Part shown: in pieces, positions 53,161 through 64,000 of the stretch
Numbering within the stretch: the stretch's first letter is position 1
Layout: the number at the start of each line of letters is the position of its first letter
Origin: Octopus vulgaris
Taxonomy: Eukaryota
Reading direction: 5' to 3'
Assembly: GCA_951406725.2 (NCBI GenBank)
Contig: OX597834.1
Span: 11,780,001 to 11,844,000 of the forward strand
DNA: 64,000 nt
Notes under the pieces: model-generated
Database searches by the model: none
What the model was told of the DNA's origin: nothing
The model's input: only the letters and a program-made list of their open reading frames with translations
Made by a program: the position numbers and the translations under genes

Positions 53161-53441
53161 CATGTGATCCGTAACCGACCAGGCTATCAGATGTTGCTAC
53201 ACATCGCTGGTCACAATGCGCTTCGCATTTGTTTAGCCTTCAAACAGGCCAACAGAAGAAAGAGTGGGAGAAAGTTGCGGCGAAAGAGTACAGCAGGGAT
53301 CGCCACACCCACCTGCCGGAACCTCGTTGAGATTTAGGTGTTTTCGCTCAATAAACACTCACAAAGCCCGGTCTGGGAATCGAAACCGCGATCCTACGAC
53401 CACAAGTCCGCTGCCCTAGCCACTGGGCCATTGCGGCTCCA
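53161..53441 (-). mobile_element. SINE family C (tail type 3)
   Basis: Head as at 11676; tail as at 37038. Confidence 0.88.
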
Positions 53442-54220
53442 CATGTGTAGATATATGCATACATATATATATTTGTGTGTGTGTGTGTGTGCGTGTGTGT
53501 TTGAGTGGATATATATATATATAGTACTCTGTATTCCGCCATCATTCTATGTGATATATCCTCCACTAACACATAGCCATATGGGTTACGCCAGCATCTA
53601 TTGATATACAAGTTTGCATTAGGTGTCGAGCTGGTAAAATGTTTCAGCCCGTAGGCTGCGGCCATGCCTGGGCACCACCGCTTAATATATTTTAATAAAG
53701 AATTTTTTTTTCTAATATATACTCATTTTATGGATGTAGTTATATCCAGCCGGTTTTTGCTATGTTTATTAACTTTTCAAGGGATATTGTGAAGTAGTCA
53801 ATTCCTCTGACTAAGGGTTCCTCTAATATATATATAATTATATACAGGTATATATGCATATACGCATAACTATCTATCAATATATCTGCATATTACCAGA
53901 TTCGTGTATTATACAAGTACCCTACCGTGGACAAATTTAACTATATGGATACCCACACGTATCTACACACATACACATACATGCACGAACACACGCACTG
54001 GTAGACACACTGTCACACGCATATCTTTAAGTACATGAATATTTTTACTTATTTGTATGTGTACATATGTGTGTATATATGCGTGTATTTCTGTGCAAGT
54101 TTATGTGCGTGTGTGTTTGAAAGTGTGCGTATTTGCCTGATTTTGTGTGTTTAGAAGTCTGTATATTTCCAATCTGTGTCTGCATTTGTGCGTCTTTTGC
54201 TAAGTCTAGATATTTTTTAT

Positions 54221-54261
<41 letters not shown>

Positions 54262-54506
54262 CCAACGGCAATATACCATTAGCATTATGTCCTATTCAAT
54301 CAAGCTATTAGTTAACTGGCTTACAAAATTATCAGTAGTCCCTCATTAGTAATTTAGTCTGATTTTCTCCTATCAATCAATACTAATATTTATATACATA
54401 CATTAACACACACTTACGTACGAATATACGCTTCAATATATATGCATAGCTACATTGTATAGGTATATGTGTTGTATACGCATATGTATATAGCTATTTA
54501 TGTATA

Positions 54507-54897
54507 TCTTTATATATAAAAGTCAAGTTGTGTGTCTGTCTCCTACGATTTAGATTCCTAACTACTCCCACATTTTGCGGTGCAGTTTAACCAAAACCGG
54601 GTATCTTATGGTCGTGATTCATATCGAGACCCTCTGGGTATTAGCGTGCGTCTACGATGAGTCTACGATTTTAAAAAGAATTTACCATCAATTTTTCCCA
54701 TTTTTAATGCATTTTTGGCATATATAAGGGAAGTAACTCTCTAAAAATTTATTAAATCTCAGAACGTAAAAAGCTACAGTAACACCCCACCCTTTGTGGT
54801 TAGCCATATTGAGATGGCTATTATACTTTACATCTCTAAAAATGCTTATATAGTTATTTCCCTTACAAATCCGAGCAACGCCGGGCGATACTGCTAG
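54507..54897 (+). mobile_element. non-autonomous Helitron, complete
   Basis: a|TCtttatatataaaag ... ccgagcaacgccgggcgatactgCTAG|t: TC start, 3' hairpin, CTAG end, A|T insertion, no TSD. Confidence 0.88.
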
Positions 54898-54941
<44 letters not shown>

Positions 54942-55039
54942 CATATATATAGGGAGAGAGAGAGAGAGAGAGAGAGATATACAAGACTGTGTATATCTAT
55001 GTAAGATTGTATGTTCGTATTTGTTTAATATACATATTT

Positions 55040-55223
55040 ATTACTCATTCATTTGACTGCGGCCATACTGGATCACCGCCTTTTTAGTCGAGCAAATCGA
55101 CCCCAGGACTTATTCTTTGTAAGCCTAGTACTTATTCTATCGGTCTCTTTTGCCGAACCGCTAAGTTACGGGGACGTATACACACGAACATCGTTTGTGA
55201 AGAGATGTTGAGGAGTGGGCAAG

Positions 55224-55287
<64 letters not shown>

Positions 55288-55435
55288 CGACGGGCTTCTT
55301 TTTCAGTTTCCGTCTGCCAAATGCACTCACAAAGCTTTGGTCGGCCCGAGGCTATAGTAGAAGAGACTTGCTTTAGGTGCCACGCAGTGGGACTGAACTC
55401 TGCACTATGTGGTTCGAAAGCAAGCTACTTGTCAC
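55040..55435 (-). mobile_element. SINE family B
   Basis: Standard landmarks. Confidence 0.88.
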
Positions 55436-55659
55436 GTAAACTTACTTCTAAAAGTTCACTCTAGTTTTATCGAATGAATTGTCAGATTGCCATGAGACAG
55501 TGTCATACTATACCTTTTACTTATTTCACTCATTGGACTGAAAGTTATACTGGGCGATTCGCTCGAATAGTTTAGTACTTATTGTTAAGCCCTGTACTTA
55601 TTCTATTGCAAAATTACGAATCCGTAAAGGATCCAATAACCGCTGTTAGTCGGTGGTGT

Positions 55660-55985
55660 GTACCGCTGTGTGGCATTTTGGGCAAATGTCTTCTATTATA
55701 GACTCGGGCCGACCAAAGCCTTGTGAGTGGATTTGATAGAGGGAAACTGAAAGAACTTCGTGGTACATATGTATGTATGTATATATATATATATATATAC
55801 TTCATATAGATATCGTGTACATTAAGATGCTTCCATCCTAGGAAAGCCTATGATGGAAGCATCTTAATGTGTTTTAATGTACACGATGTTTATATGAATA
55901 ATATATAGTCTACTGACTAATTTTTTTGTGCTAGGCCACTGGTAATAATAATTTCTATAATTCTTATTACCCTAATATTATTTAT

Positions 55986-56034
<49 letters not shown>

Positions 56035-56262
56035 TTGTGTGCGTGTGTATGTGTGTGTGTGTGCGTGCGTGCGTATATGTTTGTGTGTCTGTGCTTGTCT
56101 CCGCAACATCGCTTGACGACAGATGCTGGTGTGGTTACGTCCCCGTAACTTAGCGGTTCGGCAAAAGAGCCCGACAAAATAAGTCCTGCGGTCGATTTTC
56201 TTGACTAAAAAGGCGTTGCTCCAGCATGGCCACAGTCAAATGACTGAAACAAGCAAAAGAGT
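55660..56262 (+). mobile_element. SINE family B with a ~190-bp insert in its central TA tract
   Basis: 5' half at 55660-55770, 3' half at 56025-56262; the insert at 55800-55990 contains an inverted repeat. Confidence 0.8.
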
Positions 56263-56279
56263 ATATATGCTTATAAGTT

Positions 56280-56465
56280 TATACAGCGGGTTTCATTTAC
56301 TTTCCGTCAACCAAATCTGCTCACAAAGCAGTGGTTTGCCCGGGACTGTAATAGAAGCCATTTGCCCAAGGTACAGCTCAGCAAGACTGAATGCAAGAGC
56401 ACAAGGTTGGTACCAAGTTTACATGGATGGCAGGCAAAGTTCTTAATCAAAGAGACACAACCGCA
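56280..56465 (-). mobile_element. decayed SINE family B 5' half
   Basis: tttccgtcaaccaaatctgctcacaaagc...ttgcccaaggt. Confidence 0.6.
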
Positions 56466-57655
56466 CTTTTATGTATAAAATGTTATTTATTATTTTTATA
56501 TGTTAGTTCTTATTTGAAACACATCAGTATTAAGAAGATGGTGATTTGTATACACGGTAAAAGATTTTATTTTAAATAATCACGTTTTTCTGTGTGGTAA
56601 GAAGTTTGCTTCTGAACCACATACATGCGGGTTCAGTCCTACTGCATGGAACTTTGCCCATGTGTTTTCTACTATAAAGTGGGTTATTTCTCAGTTTGAT
56701 TCTCGCTACTTTGGCGAATACTTTTGAGCTCACACTTTAAGGAAAATTTATGGTTGTAGTGTGTCTTCAAATATTTTATATCGTTACTTATTTACGTTTA
56801 ACTGGCTTCAGTCACTGGACTGCGGCTATCTGGAGCACCGCATTTAAACGTTTTGTCGAACAAATATATTATGAGATAAATTCATACGAATACATAGATA
56901 TTTTTAAATGAGCAATATTCTAAATTTTCCTTAAAAAACTGTATGATTAATAAGATATTTTAAACTATGACCTTCGCTATTATAGTAAATTTTTAAATTT
57001 CAAACTTTAAAATTAAGGCAGCGAATGGTCAGTGACGATTGATTGGCTACGATGTGATATACTCCAATCGTTCTGCGATCTTAGATTTTGATTTATGGCG
57101 CATGATAAATCAACCATTCCAAAGCTATATATGGGCCGAAATTTTGGAGGGTCAAGCAAGAGTTCTCTTAGTAGATTATCCGAGTCTATGTGCTCTTTCA
57201 AGATAGCTGGCGGCAATTCTCACCGCAAGCTATATCCAGCCAATTCAACGGTGTCTGTGTTTGATATAATTACAACAGTTTGAAAAATGAAAAATATACA
57301 CTGAGAAAGATTTGTTGGACAAAAGCCTTCAAACCAGTGTCCAAGCCTGGTCCTTTGATTGAAACAAGTAAATTGAATAAAAGGGAAACTTAGTTCCTGG
57401 ATAAGAGTGTTTATTGCACGGTACGTGTTTCAATGTATTCGTTACGAAATTCGCTTGGTTTTGGTCCAGATGTGGAAGGAAAACTTGTAATTCATTATGA
57501 ATGTTGGTTTTTATAAGCAAACGAACTCGGTCAAGTTACCAGATAAAAATACAAGTAACCTCAAGAATTCGTGTACAACCAGCTTTTCGAGTTCCACATT
57601 TGAGGAACTTAAAATTTTATTGTAAGGAAAACTTTACGATGAGAACAGTAAATAC

Positions 57656-58202
57656 CTATTTCTTTACTACCCACAAGGGGCTAAACACAGAGGGGACAAA
57701 CAAGGACAGACAAATGGATTAAGTCAATTACATCGACCCCAGTGCGTAACTGGTAATTAATTTATCGACCCCTAAAGGACGAAGGCCAAAGTCGACCTCG
57801 GCGGAATTTCAACTCAGAAACAAAGACAGACGAAATACCTATTTCTTTACTACCCACAGGGGCTAAACACAGAGGGGACAAACAAGGACAGATACACGGA
57901 TTAAGTCGATTATATCGACGCCAGTGCGTAACTGGTACTTAATTTAACGACCCCGAAAGGATGAAAGGCAAAGTCGACCCCGGTGAAATTTGAACTCAGA
58001 ACGCAGCAGCGGACGAAATACCTAATTCTTTACTACCCACAAGGGGCTAAACACAGAGGGGACCAACAAGGACAGACAAGCGGATTAAGTCGATTATATC
58101 GACGCCAGTGCGTAACTGGTACTTAATTTATCGAGCTCGAAAGGATGAAATACGGCTACGCATTTCTCCGGGCGTGCTAACGTTTCTGCCAGCTCGCCGC
58201 CT
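57656..58202 (-). mobile_element. SINE family A trimer (one head, 183-bp body repeated)
   Basis: ccta(t/a)ttctttactacccac at 57655, 57838 and 58021. A single imperfect TSD agaacagtaaatacc / agaacaaaaaatacc surrounds the whole. Confidence 0.9.
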
Positions 58203-58835
58203 TACTAGAACAAAAAATACCATAAAACTGAAAAAAATGCAAGATTGGTCAAACACTTAAGAACATTCATTACAGTAACCGTACATGCTACGCTCGGAAT
58301 ACAATATTTCTTAGTCACATACACAAGGCCTTGGCAAACCCTGAATTACTTATTATCAGCTCTGTTGAAATAGAATGATATACGTTGAAACAACTGCAAC
58401 AAAAAGTACCACAACGATATTTATATTTAGATATCCCCATGGAATTTTACAGATAAAAGTGTGACCTAGTATCACGATTGTATTAATACTTAAATTGGTA
58501 ATTAATTATTTCATAAATTAATTATTAATTCAGATATAATTGAATTTTATAAGTTTATTCCAAAACAATTTCATTGAAACTGTCCTCATTTTTCTGTGTT
58601 GTTTTCCTTTCTTTTTCTTTTTTTTTTCTTTTTTTTTTAATATGGCTATTATTCTGCGAGGCAAAAAAACGTGATTAATTAATTTAGCTCTTTCCATCTA
58701 AGAATATATATTTCTCAAAACAATGATATTTGGATAAGCACATTAATTTACTTAAAATCTGCATACTATATCTTCTCGAAGTTGCATCCGACTGTCTGTC
58801 ATCCACTCTGTCTCCTTTTTTATACACACACACAC

Positions 58836-58896
<61 letters not shown>

Positions 58897-58899
<3 letters not shown>

Positions 58900-59112
58900 A
58901 CATGTGATCTCTTGAGCACCACCAGCTCAAATATTTTTTCCTCTGTCTTCCCTTCTTTGGATCTTTCCTTCTCCTTGTTTCCGACGAAGAGCTCCGCTCG
59001 AAACGTTAAACCCTCCTTCCTTTCTTTCCTGAGCGTCAACAATACTTTAATTGTTCCACGTCCTGCGTTGCTGTGTTTTTTTCTCTTTTTTTCTGTGTTT
59101 TCTTGTTTGGAT

Positions 59113-59117
<5 letters not shown>
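58897..59117 (+). mobile_element. cctgagcg-family Penelope-like fragment with hammerhead 58977-59011
   Basis: gttt CCGACGA a-gagc-tcc-gctc GAAACGTT aaac; long pure (TA)n on both sides. Confidence 0.8.
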
Positions 59118-59197
<80 letters not shown>

Positions 59198-59774
59198 CAC
59201 ATACAAACACACTCACGCACACATTCATATATATTCACAAACGTTGTCAGACAAACCTTCTGAACACTTTTTTTTTTATTGGAAATGACTTTTTGTCCTT
59301 GCTTGCTTTTTTCCAATTTTTATCTAAAATGCGATGTTACGGAATGAGTTGATATATTGTTACATATTTTTAATTAACTGATTGAAAACTAATCTGTCCC
59401 CAATTCATTATATAGGTTACCATAATATATGCAACCTATATCGTATTCCCTCTTGTACCAAACGTATCATGGCCGTCATTTTACCGATCGATTATGTTAG
59501 AATATCGAGATAAAGATCTGACTGCCGATTTCACAATCATTGAACACGTTTGCGTGTTGTTATTTTAAAAAGGAAATCAAGCATATAACTGTATATTGCT
59601 GCCATATATTATGGTGTATTAATACTGGAGTTGAAATTATATACATTTATAGATCTTTCATGCGCAAAATGGCCGATATTTTATCAAAACTGCAATTATG
59701 AGAGAACAATAAAAGATAAAACGTTGATACGATCTGATGCGTATAAAAATGTGCTTTAGTGTGTGAGTGTGTAG

Positions 59775-59834
<60 letters not shown>

Positions 59835-59842
59835 CATATATG

Positions 59843-59964
59843 GTTCTGCGTGTACATGTATGTATATCTCTAGCTACCTATGCCTCTCTTTACAAGAGTG
59901 TCTGTCTCAATCTCTATGTCTGAGTCACTCTGTTATCCTCTCTCTCTCTCTTCCCTCTCCCTGT
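59843..59964 (+). repeat. 122-bp segment duplicated at 61337-61458
   Basis: gttctgcgtgtacatg...ccctctccctgt is near-identical at both sites. Confidence 0.92.
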
Positions 59965-59988
59965 TTGTTTGTGTGTATATGTATGCAT

Positions 59989-60026
<38 letters not shown>

Positions 60027-60399
60027 GCACACAGGTACACGCCTATATACATATATATATCTGTTAATGTGTGTGTGTGTATATGTGTGGAACCGATAAC
60101 ATGCTCACACAGAATCACTTGTTAAATATAAATGTTTTGTAGTATTTACATATGCATTCATTCCCGTCTTTAAGTTTTAAAAAATGTATTTACACACATT
60201 ATTTGCACCAACATCGTTATCATCATCATCATCGCCATCATCATTACTATGATAATTTATTTCTATAGGATCTTTTATCGTTATTATTATCATCATCGTC
60301 ATCATTTTCAATATCATAACTGTTTTTTTTTTCTTTTTAATTTCATCATATCGTATTGTTTCCTTTCTTCTACTAAACACTCCGTCAGTAGTCATAGAA

Positions 60400-60720
60400 T
60401 AATAATAATAATAATAATAAATAAATAAATATATATTTATATATATATACATATTTATATATACATATATATATTTACATATTTATATATACATATATAC
60501 ATATATATATTTACATATTTATATATACATATATACATATTTATATATACATATTTATATATACATATATACATATTTATACATACATATATATACATAT
60601 ATACATATTTATACATACATATATATATATATACATATATACATATTTATACATACATATATATATATATATATAGATAGATAGATAGATAGATACATGT
60701 ATATATATATATATAGATGA
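60400..60720. repeat. (AAT)n and TA/TACA compound microsatellite
   Basis: Direct reading. Confidence 0.92.
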
Positions 60721-61458
60721 ATACACAGTGTTTAAACAATGTTAGGTTTCTTTTTTAAAACAAAGCTATTGAATGACTGAACGAATCTGATCAAAAAGAT
60801 ATTCAGCCAAAAGGAAAATAGTCCAATAATTAGACTAAACTTTTACAATAGCTTCTTTCTCATTGAACGATAAATGATTATTGGCTTGCTTCTTTGGCAA
60901 TAATTAAAACACAAAGGACCATAAATGTCCTGCTCTGGTCTGAGTTCGATTATCTCCATAACGTTTCATTTTAATATGTTGTTAACGCTGAGTATTGGCA
61001 AGTTCGTTAGCGCCATGATGAAAATGAATGCATCTGCTTCTTTACGTTCCTTCACATCTCGTGTTAAATCCGACCGATTTCCACTCTGCTTTTCATCTTT
61101 CCGGGTTAACTGAAACAAGTAGCATTCAACTACATTACTTCAATAAATCTACTTGCGCCCACACTTCCCCTGACATATGATCCTGTGAGAATATTTCATA
61201 TATATAAAAATAGTAAATATATAATTGTAGTAATGTAACATCTGTGTCCTTTGTGTTCTTTCATTGTTTCATATCAATGCTTATTGTTATCATCGTTTAC
61301 GTTTCTATGTGCGAGCTAGTGGTGATATGCATGTATGTTCTGCGTGTACATGTATGTATATCTCTAGCTACCTATGCCTCTCTTTACAAGAGTGTCTGTC
61401 TCAATCTCTATGTCTGAGTCACTCTGTCATCCTCTCTCTCTCTCTTCCCTCTCCCTGT

Positions 61459-63795
<2,337 letters not shown>

Positions 63796-63828
63796 TAATT
63801 CCATGGCTATCTGAGATTCTGGCTTTTT

Positions 63829-64000
63829 ATTCTTTTACTTGTTTCAGTCATTTGACTGCGGCCATGCTGGAGCACCGCCACGAAGGATTTTATTCAAACA
63901 ATTCAACCCTAGAACTTATATCTGTTTCCTTATAAAGCGTAGTGCTAATTCTATCGGTTTCTTTGTCTGAGCTGCTAAGTCACGGGGATGCAAACACACC
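63829..64000 (-). mobile_element. SINE family B tail (runs off the window)
   Basis: cttttacttgtttcagtcatttgactgcggccatgctggagcaccgcc. Confidence 0.85.

Overview
Very AT-rich, microsatellite-saturated metazoan DNA with no supportable host exon. Nearly every ORF in the supplied track is a translation of (TA)n/(TG)n/(TATG)n. The repeat repertoire resembles octopus/cephalopod genomes; this is an inference from SINE appearance, not a database hit. The window is a mosaic of four tRNA-headed SINE families (about 35 copies or fragments), decayed RTE and CR1/L2-type LINE pieces, Tc1, mariner and pogo relics, non-autonomous Helitrons, minisatellites and local duplications. The most notable signal is a dense set of self-cleaving-ribozyme-like motifs. 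At least 11 minimal type-I hammerhead-like motifs from about 5 sequence families lie in short elements, mostly embedded in or abutting (TA)n tracts, consistent with Penelope-like terminal repeats or non-LTR retrozymes. They include a ~353-bp direct+direct+inverted array at 45.6-46.4 kb. There is also a candidate HDV-like ribozyme at the 5' end of an RTE-derived element (3.45 kb) and a 182-bp tandem repeat that can fold into several stems (9.0-9.6 kb). Coordinates were read by eye and element ends may be off by a few bases.
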